From the IMG/VR virus record IMGVR_UViG_3300027844_001828, positions 62,001-126,000 of that record: a stretch of 64,000 nucleotides of DNA, one strand, 5' to 3'. Each line of letters begins with the position of its first letter. Position 1 is the first letter of the stretch. Made by a program: the position numbers and the translations under genes. The notes below the pieces were generated by a model that worked only from the letters and a program-made list of their open reading frames with translations, was not told where the DNA came from and searched no databases. Shown here piece after piece: positions 1 to 10,717 of the stretch.

Positions 1-1
1 T

Positions 2-259
2 ATCAATAACGTCGCAGACCTCGCCGTTAAACATCACGAATACCATGTCGCCAGAGATGTCGTCCGAGCGATGGAAAAAGTTTGCGCCGAATTGGAATTT
101 GATCTCCCTAACAATGTTTTTGCGCATATAATAAGCATCATAGGCAACAACCCTCCGATTAGAACGGCCAGGGAATTAGAAATGCTTAGTTTCATGGTGA
201 TAGAAAAAGACAAGCAACTTAGTAAAAAGCCACAGGCAAACGACAAGAGAAATGAGTAA
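2..259 (+). CDS. Hypothetical protein, 5'-truncated by the window edge
   Basis: The frame of ORF 71..259 stays open back to position 2 (INNVADLAVKHHEYHVARDVVRAMEK...). Its stop overlaps the next ATG. Confidence 0.55.
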   Translation: MNNVADLAVKHHEYHVARDVVRAMEKVCAELEFDLPNNVFAHIISIIGNNPPIRTARELEMLSFMVIEKDKQLSKKPQANDKRNE

Positions 260-941
260 CACAGAACTCACAATTCCACAGACATCAAAAAAGCAATTAG
301 AAAAAGTAGTAGGCAGTGACGAAGATTTAGAGAAATTTCTTTATGCACAAGTCAGCATCAATAATGATGGCCTATATTACGAATCTGATTGCGTAGTATG
401 TTCCAGCCAGTACAGAAAAGAGTCAGAAGAAAAATGGCTCGACTCCAGGAACGCTGATGAAATCGTTACTTATTTCAAAGATAAGGGCGAACCAATTCCA
501 AGATCGGTTGTAAAAAACCATATGGAATTCCACATTGATCAGAGCTATATTGAACTCCGTAAAAGAGAATACATAAAAAAAGTCATTTCTATGACCAATA
601 TGCACCTCGATACTATAAGTAGAGTTGAGATGGCAATGTCGGCAATAAATGACCGTATCATAGCAATAAACGCTTCAGAAGAGCCAGCGTCATCACCTGT
701 TGCTATAAACAAGATAAAAGCCGAGACCACATGTAAATTAGTCTCGTCAATGTCGAGTTTGTTACAATTGAGAGCCAATCTTTTGGGAGAAATGGCTGCT
801 TCAGGGGAAGTGTTAACAATAAAGCAAGAAGATTTTTCTTCTATATTTGGAGACTCGTTGCAAAAGTTTAATTCAGAATCGGCGAGAGAAGCAATAAATT
901 ATATCTTAGACAAGTTTGTCGAGGCAGCAAAAAAACAATAG
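252..941 (+). CDS. Zn-binding/helical protein, possibly terminase small subunit-like
   Basis: CVVC...HMEFH putative Zn site followed by a helical C-terminus. The function is a guess. Confidence 0.35.
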   Translation: MSNTELTIPQTSKKQLEKVVGSDEDLEKFLYAQVSINNDGLYYESDCVVCSSQYRKESEEKWLDSRNADEIVTYFKDKGEPIPRSVVKNHMEFHIDQSYIELRKREYIKKVISMTNMHLDTISRVEMAMSAINDRIIAINASEEPASSPVAINKIKAETTCKLVSSMSSLLQLRANLLGEMAASGEVLTIKQEDFSSIFGDSLQKFNSESAREAINYILDKFVEAAKKQ

Positions 942-951
942 GAGAATAACG

Positions 952-1335
952 ATGGAAAATAACTTAAATGAAGAAGTCGAAGAGACATCCCCAGTAACAC
1001 TTGAAGCTGGAGAAGAACAGGTTGAAGAAGTCAAGGATATCCCTCTTGGAATTAGAGACATTAAAGCCTTGAAAAGAAACAAATACGACGATGTCAAAAA
1101 CAATTTTAATCAGGTTTTTGTGTTAAAGCATAAGACTGGGAAGATCGCGCAATTACAAGCGGCGAGCGATGCCCACGCATGCACGTTGATCGGATGGAGA
1201 CCGCGACAATGCAAGCTCATCACATCTTATGTAAAGTCTGCTGATGAGGAAGTTGATGTTCAAACTATTGACCCGTTGTTCACTCAGGGGTTCAAAGAAG
1301 AACCGGCTGTGTCCCCTGCCGCGTCAATTTCGTAG
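952..1335 (+). CDS. Hypothetical protein
   Basis: ORF with a GGAG RBS before ATG 952 (MENNLNEE...). Confidence 0.6.
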   Translation: MENNLNEEVEETSPVTLEAGEEQVEEVKDIPLGIRDIKALKRNKYDDVKNNFNQVFVLKHKTGKIAQLQAASDAHACTLIGWRPRQCKLITSYVKSADEEVDVQTIDPLFTQGFKEEPAVSPAASIS

Positions 1336-1343
1336 CTCAATAG

Positions 1344-1368
1344 AGGGAATAGGGCGGCGGCGCTTGAA
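1344..1368 (+). promoter_or_regulatory. SigH-like (AGG-N19-GAA) promoter
   Basis: AGGGAAT-agggcggcggcg-cttGAAA upstream of ORF 1414. Same spacing as about 9 other sites. Confidence 0.5.
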
Positions 1369-1413
1369 AATAACCATATCAATTTTGATTAATAAATATT
1401 AAGGAGAATCCAG

Positions 1414-2541
1414 ATGTCTCAATATTGCAGAACTTCACTAACTATATCAGCAGAGATGATTAACCAGTATGTCGCCCAAGTCCTTGGCATTACCAGTTTA
1501 GACTTGGAAGGGACAGAACAGGAAAAGTCTGATCTGGAGAAGCAAATAGAAAGACTTATTGAAGCTTTTGCAACAGAGAGGGATGTCTCACCTACAAGGG
1601 TCACCACGAGAAGAGCCTTGAGAGAAGAATTCGTAAATAAATACGCCGCCAGTCTTGGGATGTTAACCGCTGATTTAGATGAGAAACTTCGAGAGATATC
1701 ACGAGATACGCCGCCAACCCTTATGGATTTGTTAAATACATATGCGCAAGGTAAGGGCGTCCCATTGGAATGTTTTTATGATCCCAACGGAATCACAGAT
1801 GAAAACTTTGCGCTTTGTGATGGGGCAGAAAAAGGAGCGTCTCAGACGGGGATGTATCATGGAACGTATTATGGGAACCTCAAAGAAACTGTGCAGAAGT
1901 CATCGCAATCTTCATTAACCGAAAACGATGAGGTTATTGATAAAGTATACCTTGCTATTCCACCATCAATCGGATCACAGATTTATGGACAGAGAATGCA
2001 GGATTATTTCTTTGTTGGAACAGTGTCCGATCCAAATGCTTTAGTCACAGAAAGACCGTCTGAACAGCAGATGGAGGAAGACTACGCTGCCAGACAGCGT
2101 GGAGAAGCATCTGTTACGAGACAAGGTAGTGAGAAGAAAATAAAGATGGGCGCACATGATTTCAACAGTAGTGGTGTAGAAGGAAAGTTTGGGGAGCATC
2201 TTAGCGGCCTTGTAGGAGAATTCTTGACAAAAGAGTGGAGAAGGAGAATTGAAGATAAGCTCAAGAGAATATTCGGGAACAAGGGAATAATTGAAGATGC
2301 CTTGAGAAGAAATTACGCCGCCGCAGATGCGGCTGGTGCAGATGCTATAAGCGTCTCAGACTTGGAAAATTTTAGCGTCGAGATACTTCCAGCAAGTCCA
2401 GAATGCGATTTTGCCGTTAAGATAACCGTTGATGTTGTAACGGCAGCGCCGACAGTTACAAGAAACCAGAACGCGGTTCCAACTCCGAGTCCAGCACAGG
2501 GCGTTTCAGACGATCTTGAGCAATCATTAGAAGTCACATAA
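1414..2541 (+). CDS. Hypothetical protein (375 aa, acidic)
   Basis: Long ORF with an AAGGAG RBS. No recognisable motif. Confidence 0.7.
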   Translation: MSQYCRTSLTISAEMINQYVAQVLGITSLDLEGTEQEKSDLEKQIERLIEAFATERDVSPTRVTTRRALREEFVNKYAASLGMLTADLDEKLREISRDTPPTLMDLLNTYAQGKGVPLECFYDPNGITDENFALCDGAEKGASQTGMYHGTYYGNLKETVQKSSQSSLTENDEVIDKVYLAIPPSIGSQIYGQRMQDYFFVGTVSDPNALVTERPSEQQMEEDYAARQRGEASVTRQGSEKKIKMGAHDFNSSGVEGKFGEHLSGLVGEFLTKEWRRRIEDKLKRIFGNKGIIEDALRRNYAAADAAGADAISVSDLENFSVEILPASPECDFAVKITVDVVTAAPTVTRNQNAVPTPSPAQGVSDDLEQSLEVT

Positions 2542-2612
2542 GTTTTTCAACATAGCTTGAAAAAAGTTCGATCTACGATATGTTACTTAGAAAAACTATC
2601 CGGGAAATACCT

Positions 2613-4985
2613 ATGACTAATACAGAAGAACTAGATACCTTTGCTATTCCAGCATTCGTTTCGAGAGTAAGATTCAAGAATGATGGTGGTTTCCACATCA
2701 TTTGCGCGGAAGTTAATCCAGGGTCAAACATTGTCTCAAAGGAAACGATCAAAAAAATCCCCCCAGAATGGATGGGCCGTGGAGAAATGATCGTGAAGGT
2801 ATGCACTGACGCAGTCATACTAAAAGATGTTCCATACGTGTTTATAGGAAATATAGCTACTCACGTCAAGTATGGGAAACAATTCGCAGCAGTCGATGTC
2901 TATCCAGACGATCCCAATGACGTTGCCACCATGATTGACTATCTTAAAAGGATGCCCAATATTGACGCCAGAAGAGCGCGAAAAATAGTTGATAATTTTA
3001 GCATCGAACAGATTCCGCCGATCATGAATAACGGCGGAAAAGAATTGGTGTCAATTCCAGGTATCACAGAGAAAAGAGCAGAGGCAATATCTGCCGCTTG
3101 GAAAAAGGACGCGGCTGTAAGACGAACTTATATGTGGCTCTTAAAACACCGTGTATCAGTAAAGCTTGGAAAGAGTATTTTAGAACACTTCGGCGAAACG
3201 GCCATTAACATCATTGAAGAAAATCCGTACAGGTTGATGGAAGTATACGGGATTGGATTTGAAAAGGCAGACGATATTGCCCACAAGATACTACCAGAGA
3301 TTCCGAAAGAGTTCAGAACCAAGAGCTTCATTGATGGATTTTTGAAAGAAAAGGAAACGAGTGGTCACACATGTTATCCGGCAATAAACTTGAGCAGCGA
3401 AGCCAACGCTGTGTTATCAAAAAGAAATAATGAAAATTACGACAAGTATATAAGAGAGTCTTTCGAGACAGACTTTTCCGCTGCAAGAAATTATGACAAT
3501 CAGATTTTCATCTATAGAACTCAGATGCTTTATAAAGAGATCTATTGCGCTGACTATTTGAAAGGGATGAATGAATTGGATTCAAAGTACGACGTGGGAG
3601 AAGAAGAGATATCAAGTGCGGAAGCAGAATGCTCATTAGCACTTGCGAATGGCGGAGAGTTTATTTTTGATGATAAACAGAGAGAGGCTGTAGAGAGCGC
3701 GTTCAAGAGTAAGGTCACAGTAATAACTGGTGGCGGAGGTACCGGTAAAAGCTCTATTTGTCGTGCTATCTGTACAATAGCGAATGGGAAAAATATGACG
3801 GTTAGCTTGATGGCCCCCACGGGTCAGGCCGCGAAAGTTTTGAGCAGGAAGACAGGAGTGTCAGCATCTACAATTCATAGGGGATTGGGATTGATTCCTT
3901 GCTCCAAAACTGGCGGGATAGCCAAAAACCCAGCAGGAAAAGAGGGGATTTCATCATCAATATTGATCATTGATGAATTCTCGATGGTTGGAGTGGATTT
4001 GCTCCCATGCATCTTTGAGGCCATAAGTAATCGAGTGAAAACCAACATAGTATTTGTTGGAGATCCTCAGCAGCTTCCGTCAATATCACCTGGAAACAAT
4101 TTGCATGATATAATTGACTGTAAGGCGGCAAACATAATCAAACTCAATACTGTGTATCGGCAGGATGAGAACAGCTACATATCATTGATAGCTGACAAGA
4201 TAGCGAATGGTGGAAACCCAAAAATCCCCGAAGGGGCAAGCGACTTGTTTTTCACCAACGTTAGTAATGCCGAGCATGGGATAGATTCTATTCTTGCTGT
4301 CGCGAGTAAATTTCATGATCGGGGAGAATTGGAAGATCTCCAAATAATAAGCCCCATGAAAGACAAGGTCTGTGGCGTACACAATATTAATGCCGCTTTC
4401 CAAAACAGATTCACGATTCATAATGAAAGCGTTTTCTATGATCAGAGGCCGTATTATGTTGGCGATAGAGTCATGCATATCAAGAATAACAATGAGAAGC
4501 AAGTATATAACGGGGAGATAGGATACATTGAAGATGTAGGACTTGCCGTCAGAAACCCTGAAGAGAGTGATACGAAAGTCGTTTTTATAAAAGTCAGAAT
4601 GGAAGACAAGACGATTATCTATTACGATATAGATATAAATGAAATCAGAGTTTCATGGTGTAGCACTGTTCATAAATATCAAGGGTCTCAAACTAAGTAC
4701 ATCATTTTTGTAATGATGGGCGAACATCAAAGGATGTTGACGAAGGAACTTGTTTATACTGGTTTGACAAGGGCTGAAAAGGTCGCTTTTATAATTGGAT
4801 CAGAAAGCTTGTTTTTGGCTTCACCAAATAAGAGCCAGATAAAGAGCCGGTATACTCATCTCAATGATTTTTACAATATCATGGCTAATGGAAAGGAGAA
4901 ATTCTCCATAAACATACCAAATGATGCGAATCCGATAGTAAATACCTTGGGAGAGAAAGCCTACGACTTGTTCAATTCGGCCTGA
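2613..4985 (+). CDS. recD2: RecD2-like SF1B DNA helicase
   Basis: HVKYGKQF, HhH repeats (IPGITEKRA; ENPYRLMEVYGIGFEKAD), Walker A TGGGGTGKS, APTGQAA, IIDEFSM, VGDPQQLPSI, TVHKYQGSQ, LVYTGLTRA. Confidence 0.95.
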   Translation: MTNTEELDTFAIPAFVSRVRFKNDGGFHIICAEVNPGSNIVSKETIKKIPPEWMGRGEMIVKVCTDAVILKDVPYVFIGNIATHVKYGKQFAAVDVYPDDPNDVATMIDYLKRMPNIDARRARKIVDNFSIEQIPPIMNNGGKELVSIPGITEKRAEAISAAWKKDAAVRRTYMWLLKHRVSVKLGKSILEHFGETAINIIEENPYRLMEVYGIGFEKADDIAHKILPEIPKEFRTKSFIDGFLKEKETSGHTCYPAINLSSEANAVLSKRNNENYDKYIRESFETDFSAARNYDNQIFIYRTQMLYKEIYCADYLKGMNELDSKYDVGEEEISSAEAECSLALANGGEFIFDDKQREAVESAFKSKVTVITGGGGTGKSSICRAICTIANGKNMTVSLMAPTGQAAKVLSRKTGVSASTIHRGLGLIPCSKTGGIAKNPAGKEGISSSILIIDEFSMVGVDLLPCIFEAISNRVKTNIVFVGDPQQLPSISPGNNLHDIIDCKAANIIKLNTVYRQDENSYISLIADKIANGGNPKIPEGASDLFFTNVSNAEHGIDSILAVASKFHDRGELEDLQIISPMKDKVCGVHNINAAFQNRFTIHNESVFYDQRPYYVGDRVMHIKNNNEKQVYNGEIGYIEDVGLAVRNPEESDTKVVFIKVRMEDKTIIYYDIDINEIRVSWCSTVHKYQGSQTKYIIFVMMGEHQRMLTKELVYTGLTRAEKVAFIIGSESLFLASPNKSQIKSRYTHLNDFYNIMANGKEKFSINIPNDANPIVNTLGEKAYDLFNSA

Positions 4986-5692
4986 TCATCGCCAGAGAAC
5001 ATGACCGCGAACTCATCAATTGTGATAACATCGCCTGAGTTTCCGCTCATCTCAATAAAAACCTTTACTTTTTCACCGGTTACGGAGAGTCTGTCGAGCT
5101 TAGTTATTTTATTCTCGTTGATGAATTGATAGTCGGTGGAATCAATGCTATCAAGGTTGGCAATACCCCACCTTATAATAGTGCCATCAGGGATGTCAGT
5201 CTCGGCAGTTATTAGGGCGTATTTGGGGCTAAAACCAACCTCAAAGGTGTCCGAGTAGAATTTGGCAGCTGTACCGGAGATTATTGCTTTGAGAGAAAGA
5301 GAGTCGATTGAAGGGCCTGTAACGGCATTATATCCGTATCCTGGCGTTGCGACACCAGATTGAATCATAATGATTCTTATTCTGACATATCGTTTTGAAA
5401 AACTTAATAGCGAGGTAGTTCCATTCCTATAAGGGCCGCTCCAGACTGGAGATTCAGTTTTGGTGTCCGTGTTACTTATAAAAATGTATCGATCAGATCC
5501 ACTTGGCGCTGATCCTGAGAATACTATTTCCTTCCATGACAGAAGTGTTGCGCTACCATCTAAGGGGTCACTTTCCCATATCCCCATGATGGTAGAGATT
5601 TTTTCAACCTTAAACACAGGACTTGTAAGCTGATTGAATGTGACCGAGGTCAATGCTGAATCGAGCGTAATTTTTGAGGTAATGTCTGCCAT
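4961..5692 (-). CDS. Putative virion structural protein (beta-rich)
   Basis: 243 aa, S/T/G-rich. Translationally coupled to 5692..6189 and downstream of a SigH-like promoter. Confidence 0.5.
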   Translation of the reverse strand: MADITSKITLDSALTSVTFNQLTSPVFKVEKISTIMGIWESDPLDGSATLLSWKEIVFSGSAPSGSDRYIFISNTDTKTESPVWSGPYRNGTTSLLSFSKRYVRIRIIMIQSGVATPGYGYNAVTGPSIDSLSLKAIISGTAAKFYSDTFEVGFSPKYALITAETDIPDGTIIRWGIANLDSIDSTDYQFINENKITKLDRLSVTGEKVKVFIEMSGNSGDVITIDEFAVMFSGDDQAELNKS

Positions 5693-6189
5693 TATGAGAA
5701 ATCAAAGAACCATTTGAATTTAAGGAAGCCTCTTTTGACCGCATTGGGTGTGGTTACATTGAGGTATATAAATTCAGATTCAGTCCTACTTGAGTTGTTA
5801 ATTTTTATGTTGTTAGTGCTTGCTGGAACGCCATTTTGGTTAGTTCCATTAAAGAATGATGTTAATAATATCTTTTCGACTAAAGAACTGGAATGTTCGA
5901 TGCCAATATTCCCTGAGGGGACAGATCCATCATCTGCTTGAGATCCACTTCCAGAGACTGTTTCGGAGCTTTTTACCAGTCCGAGTCTTATATTACTAAT
6001 TTTATCAACCCCGATGACATTCATTTTAATAACGATTGGTGTTGATTGTTCACTCGGAGTTGTCCTGTCAAGGTTGATTGAGTCCAGTTGTCTCGACGGC
6101 TGGCCGGTTTCGGGGTCATATTCTGTAATCTGAACGCTGACATCGGGTTGTGGCTTTAGCGTCGTAGTTAAATTTGTTTGGTTCGCCAT
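5692..6189 (-). CDS. Putative virion structural protein
   Basis: 165 aa, S/T/N-rich. First gene of the minus-strand pair. Confidence 0.5.
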   Translation of the reverse strand: MANQTNLTTTLKPQPDVSVQITEYDPETGQPSRQLDSINLDRTTPSEQSTPIVIKMNVIGVDKISNIRLGLVKSSETVSGSGSQADDGSVPSGNIGIEHSSSLVEKILLTSFFNGTNQNGVPASTNNIKINNSSRTESEFIYLNVTTPNAVKRGFLKFKWFFDFS

Positions 6190-6222
6190 TTTTATTGTTC
6201 CATCATTAAACTAAGTTAATTG

Positions 6223-6248
6223 ATTCGCTGTTAGAGCTTGAAATTCCT
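6223..6248 (-). promoter_or_regulatory. SigH-consensus promoter
   Basis: The minus strand reads caAGGAATT-tcaagctctaac-AGCGAATca, closely fitting the B. subtilis SigH consensus (AGGAWWW-N11-12-RNNGAAT). Confidence 0.65.
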
Positions 6249-6293
6249 TGTAGCATAGGTATTGTATAAGAGTATAATCGCATAGGAGAAGTT

Positions 6294-9200
6294 ATGAGTA
6301 AAAAGAGTTCACAAAAATTTGTACACCTACATGTCCATTCATACTATTCTCTCTTAGAGTCAGCCGTTCCTGTAAAGGGGTTGGTCAAGAGAGCAGTAGA
6401 ATTGGGGCAACCGTCAATTGCATTGACGGACAGCGGAGCGTGTGGTGGGTTGTATCAATTTTCCGACGTGTGCCATGAAAATGGGGTCAAGCCAATACTT
6501 GGTATAGAGATACATATCGTTCAAGATATGTTAGACACAGATGGCACTAAGCCACAATCTACAGCGATCCTTCTTGCCAAAAACAAGGTTGGCTGGCAGA
6601 ACATTTGTAAGATTTCATCAGAGGCGAGTATTCAAGGGTATCACTATGCTCCAAGAGCGGATTTGAATTTGTTGTCTGAGAATTCAGAAGGGTTGATAGT
6701 TATTGCCGGGGGAAGTCGAGATGGGTTAATAGGTAATGATTTGCTTATGAACAAGAGTAATATCGCAGAAAAGAAAGCTAATTGGTTCAAAGATATTTGG
6801 GGCGACGACTTTTACTTAGAGGCCTTATATCACCCGTGTCCAGACGAGCCCGCTAAAGAATTGATGGAAAAGAACATTTGCAAAAGAGTTTTTGAGTTAG
6901 CCGAAAAGACAAATATCAAGTGCATCGTATCAAATGATGTTAGATATTTGAAGGAAAAAGATAGTGTGGTTCAAGATGCAATGACTTGCATCAAGGATCA
7001 TAAGGTTATGAAAGACGATGAACGCGCCAGACTTCCAGGGACTGGGTTTTATCTCAAATCAGCGGATGAGATGGAAGCGTTATTTCCAGACCGCCCAGAC
7101 TTGTTGGCGAATACTGTTGAGATTTCAGATAAGATAGAAGACGGAATTATTGAAAAGAACTTGGATTTGCTTCCAAGATTTTCTCCGCCAGATGGCTTAG
7201 GATCTTCTGAGTATTTGAGAAAGTTGGTTTACGATGGGTTGAAGAAAGATGATTTGTTTGATAAGCCAGGATACAAAGACAGAGTCGATTATGAGTTGAA
7301 GGTTTTCGAGACCTGTGGATTCGTTGATTACTTTCTCATTTTGGACGACTTCGTTTCTTGGGCATATAGACAGGGTATTGGAATGGGTCCGGGAAGAGGT
7401 AGTGCCGCTGGGTCTTTATGCTTGTACGCTTTGAAGGTTGTTAAGCTTGATCCAATAAAGTATGACTTACTCTTTGAGAGATTCTTCAGCGTTGACACGA
7501 CATATAGAATTCACCCAAGTTGTTTCGGGTTGAAATACAAGGGGGTTGATAAAATTGAAGTCGGCACACAGGTTCAATATGACTTGTTGAAGAGATGTGA
7601 AGATTCATGCTCTGAATTCGACAAGGATGTTTTTACGTTAGAAGGAAAGAAGATGAACCAAATGGGATGTCTTGACGACTTCTTAAGATGCTTTGTTGCA
7701 TTTGAAAAATCAGGCGGTAAGCAAGGTGATACAAACGAATGTAATTCTTCAATAGCTTATTATACTGGAATGACAAGCGTTAAGCCAATGGATATATTTA
7801 GACCGGTAGAAGAGATGGTCGCCGCTAGATTGAGCCCCCCGGATGTTGACCTTGACTTTGACGACAAGAGAAGAGACGAGGTCTATGTCTATCTTAAGAA
7901 AAAGTATGGTGACAGAAGAGCCGTCCAGATTGCGACATACACTTTGCTAAAAGCAAGGTCGATTGTGAAGGATGTAGGTAAGGCTCTTGACATTGGAAAC
8001 GATTGGGAAGCGAATCAAGAGATCAAGGAAAATAAAATGTCCGCAACACTTCGTGGGGAGAAAGCAGACAAGGTTGAAAGACCAAGAAATACCCTTGATA
8101 GAGTTGATGCGTTGGCAAAATTTATTCCATCAGCATCTTCATTTAGGGAAGCGTATGACGACAGTGCTGATTTGAGGAAGCGTGTTATCGAGGGCGGAGC
8201 ATATCATGATATTTGTATGGGGATCGATGGCGCTGTAAGACATCGTGGTGTTCATGCCGCTGGCATTGTTTTGGGAAATCGTGACATCCAAGAGGTTTGC
8301 CCCTTGACATCCATCACTGGCGTTACTGTCGCCCAGTGGGATAAAGAACAAGTTGAAGAGCTTGGCCTTTATAAGTATGATCTTCTTTCGGTCAAGAATA
8401 TTGCAATCATCTCTCAAACATTAGATTTGATCAAGGCCAATCGTGGTGAGGATATTGACATTGATACTATCGAACCAGATGACCAACGAGTGTTCAAGAT
8501 GTTGAATCAAGGTAAGACTCGCGGTGTTTTTCAGTTTGAGGGCGGATCTGTAACAAAGTTGATAAAGAATATCAACATTGACAACTTCAATGACATGGTC
8601 GCAGTAAACGCTATCAATAGGCCTGGCCCGCTACGCGCTGGTGTTGGAGACTCATATGCGGAATGTAAGCATGGTCATAAAGAGATTGAATACTTGCACG
8701 AATCAATGGAAAACATCCTTAAAGAAACTTATGGAACTATTATTTATCAAGAGCAAGTTATGAAGTTGTCAAAAGTTATGGCGGGATTCACGACTTCGGA
8801 ATCAGACGGGTTACGTAAAGCCGTTGGTAAAAAGAAACCTGAGTTGATGGCTAATATGAAGAACAAGTTTTTGGAAGGATGTGACGCTCATGGAATTGGA
8901 AAGTCTACAGCTATAGAAGTGTGGCAAATGATTGATTACTTTGGTGGGTATGGATTTAACAAGTCTCACTCATTGGCTTATTCTTTCGTCTCTTATCAGA
9001 CAGCATGGTTGAAGTTCCATTATCCAATCGAATTCTTTTCAGCTTTGTTGACTTCGGCGATTGGTGACGAAGAGAAAACCCAGTTGTATATCAATGAAGC
9101 GTGTGGCGTGGGAGAAAAAGGATTGGGAGTAAACATTCTTCCGATCAATGTCAACAAGAGCACGAATATATATGAGATTGAAGGCGAAGCTATAAGGTGT

Positions 9201-9524
9201 CCGTTAACAGTGGTTGGTGGAGTCGGAGATAGGGCAGTTGAAGAGATCATTGAGAAAAGAGAGCAGGAAGGCGAATTTATTGATTTCAAGCACTTCGTAA
9301 ATATCATTGAAGCCAGCGCCGTGACAGTTTCTGTTATTAGGAATTTAGCACAGTCAAGGGCCGGGAACGCTTTTGCACCACTTGGTATAAAAGCAAAAGA
9401 TGCGGAAGACGTATTTACAAATATGAAGAAAGATTTGAAATCAAGAAAAATGAGAGAAAATAGATTCGTTGATACTGATCTTATGAAAGTTTCATATGGA
9501 AAAATTAATGGCGCATCGAAATAA
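6294..9524 (+). CDS. dnaE: DNA polymerase III alpha subunit (C family), with a ~113-aa palm insertion and no C-terminal OB/tau domains
   Basis: PHP HLHVHSYYSLL, GPGRGSAAGSL, PDVDLDFD, RHRGVHAAG, KYDLL, GVFQFE, RPGP, YQEQVM, YGFNKSHS. Confidence 0.97.
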   Translation: MSKKSSQKFVHLHVHSYYSLLESAVPVKGLVKRAVELGQPSIALTDSGACGGLYQFSDVCHENGVKPILGIEIHIVQDMLDTDGTKPQSTAILLAKNKVGWQNICKISSEASIQGYHYAPRADLNLLSENSEGLIVIAGGSRDGLIGNDLLMNKSNIAEKKANWFKDIWGDDFYLEALYHPCPDEPAKELMEKNICKRVFELAEKTNIKCIVSNDVRYLKEKDSVVQDAMTCIKDHKVMKDDERARLPGTGFYLKSADEMEALFPDRPDLLANTVEISDKIEDGIIEKNLDLLPRFSPPDGLGSSEYLRKLVYDGLKKDDLFDKPGYKDRVDYELKVFETCGFVDYFLILDDFVSWAYRQGIGMGPGRGSAAGSLCLYALKVVKLDPIKYDLLFERFFSVDTTYRIHPSCFGLKYKGVDKIEVGTQVQYDLLKRCEDSCSEFDKDVFTLEGKKMNQMGCLDDFLRCFVAFEKSGGKQGDTNECNSSIAYYTGMTSVKPMDIFRPVEEMVAARLSPPDVDLDFDDKRRDEVYVYLKKKYGDRRAVQIATYTLLKARSIVKDVGKALDIGNDWEANQEIKENKMSATLRGEKADKVERPRNTLDRVDALAKFIPSASSFREAYDDSADLRKRVIEGGAYHDICMGIDGAVRHRGVHAAGIVLGNRDIQEVCPLTSITGVTVAQWDKEQVEELGLYKYDLLSVKNIAIISQTLDLIKANRGEDIDIDTIEPDDQRVFKMLNQGKTRGVFQFEGGSVTKLIKNINIDNFNDMVAVNAINRPGPLRAGVGDSYAECKHGHKEIEYLHESMENILKETYGTIIYQEQVMKLSKVMAGFTTSESDGLRKAVGKKKPELMANMKNKFLEGCDAHGIGKSTAIEVWQMIDYFGGYGFNKSHSLAYSFVSYQTAWLKFHYPIEFFSALLTSAIGDEEKTQLYINEACGVGEKGLGVNILPINVNKSTNIYEIEGEAIRCPLTVVGGVGDRAVEEIIEKREQEGEFIDFKHFVNIIEASAVTVSVIRNLAQSRAGNAFAPLGIKAKDAEDVFTNMKKDLKSRKMRENRFVDTDLMKVSYGKINGASK

Positions 9525-9537
9525 CTTCACAAAGAGC

Positions 9538-9565
9538 TTGACACATCATAGAATCATGGTATATT
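9538..9565 (+). promoter_or_regulatory. sigma70-type promoter
   Basis: TTGACA-16 nt-TATATT with an extended TG, upstream of the SSB/RecA operon. Confidence 0.6.
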
Positions 9566-9632
9566 GATTGATGTGAGATAGGGATGTATAATTAATAAAC
9601 ACTAAATTGTCTTAACAAAATAGGAGTTGATT

Positions 9633-10031
9633 ATGTTAGATGTATTAAATAAGTTGGGTGATTACGAAATACTTGAGAAGTTCGAAGAAGTTCTCAGAGA
9701 AAAATCACCAGCGGCATCATTGGGGTATTTCACCGGGGAACTGGAGAGAGACCCAGAAGGGATCGTAATCCGATTGAGGGTTGCCGCGATGGTAGATTCC
9801 GCCGGAGAAGAAGACTTTTCTACTAATGAGGATCTCAAATCCATTGTGGTGAAATTCCCTGAAGGCGATGTTGATTTCAGAGTAGAAGAGACGGTTGAAG
9901 TTTCTGGAATGGAAATGGAAGTCGTGTACAGGCCGGTCGATGAAAGTTCGGTTGTATCTGTTGAGAAAGAGGTAGCACCAGTTGATAAAGATTTTGTAAG
10001 GGTCCAAAAGGACATTGTGAAATTAACGTAA
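9633..10031 (+). CDS. Hypothetical acidic protein
   Basis: ORF with a GGAG RBS, located in the operon. Confidence 0.6.
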   Translation: MLDVLNKLGDYEILEKFEEVLREKSPAASLGYFTGELERDPEGIVIRLRVAAMVDSAGEEDFSTNEDLKSIVVKFPEGDVDFRVEETVEVSGMEMEVVYRPVDESSVVSVEKEVAPVDKDFVRVQKDIVKLT

Positions 10032-10054
10032 ATAGTTGAAGGAGTGGGGGCACT

Positions 10055-10717
10055 ATGGCAGAAGAATTCGATAAGGCGTTCGATAGCGCAACGGTTACTG
10101 AGGGAAACCCCACAGTAAAACCACATAGTCAAGACCCTAGTGTCCCGCCACCTTCACTTGAAAAGAAGAAAGAGCTTATTGCATCAACCGAGACATTCAA
10201 TGACCTATTGAAAGATGTTCAGGACTTGATGGAAGAGCTACCGATTAAGTCCAGAGAAGAATACGCCGGTTTGAGAATAGAGATCAGGGAATGCACACTT
10301 GAGTACGTAGATGATCCATCTCCGCTTGTCCTTAGCCAGCAAATGGCAAAGACCCAGGTTTTCAAGGATAGACTTCTTGAAATAAAGCTCGATGCAGAAA
10401 CCACATTCATTGCCCTCAAGAGAATCTATAATAATTTATTAGATGCTTTTATTGGAATCAGTGAAAACAAGTCTGCCGATAAAAGAAAAGGCGAAGCGTC
10501 TTTAAGATTATCAAGATTTAATTTGATCCTCGCAGAAGCGGAAGCGTTCGCTAATTACTGCCGATCAATCTGCGAAAACCTTGAGAGTCAACGGAATACA
10601 ATTTCTAGAAGAATAACATGTAACGAGCACCGTATTAAAATAGGAGAGTTAGGTGCGGGAATGGGGCAAAATATTTCTGAAAAAATTGACGAAAAAGATC
10701 CCTGGAACAAGGTATAA
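10055..10717 (+). CDS. Coiled-coil protein, possibly a UvsY-like recombination mediator
   Basis: Helical coiled-coil immediately upstream of SSB and RecA. Function inferred from context only. Confidence 0.35.
   Translation: MAEEFDKAFDSATVTEGNPTVKPHSQDPSVPPPSLEKKKELIASTETFNDLLKDVQDLMEELPIKSREEYAGLRIEIRECTLEYVDDPSPLVLSQQMAKTQVFKDRLLEIKLDAETTFIALKRIYNNLLDAFIGISENKSADKRKGEASLRLSRFNLILAEAEAFANYCRSICENLESQRNTISRRITCNEHRIKIGELGAGMGQNISEKIDEKDPWNKV

Noticed and set aside
7488-7826. Intein in DnaE
   Set aside because: There is no C-terminal His-Asn followed by Cys/Ser/Thr and no splicing blocks. The insert resembles a duplicated palm segment instead.
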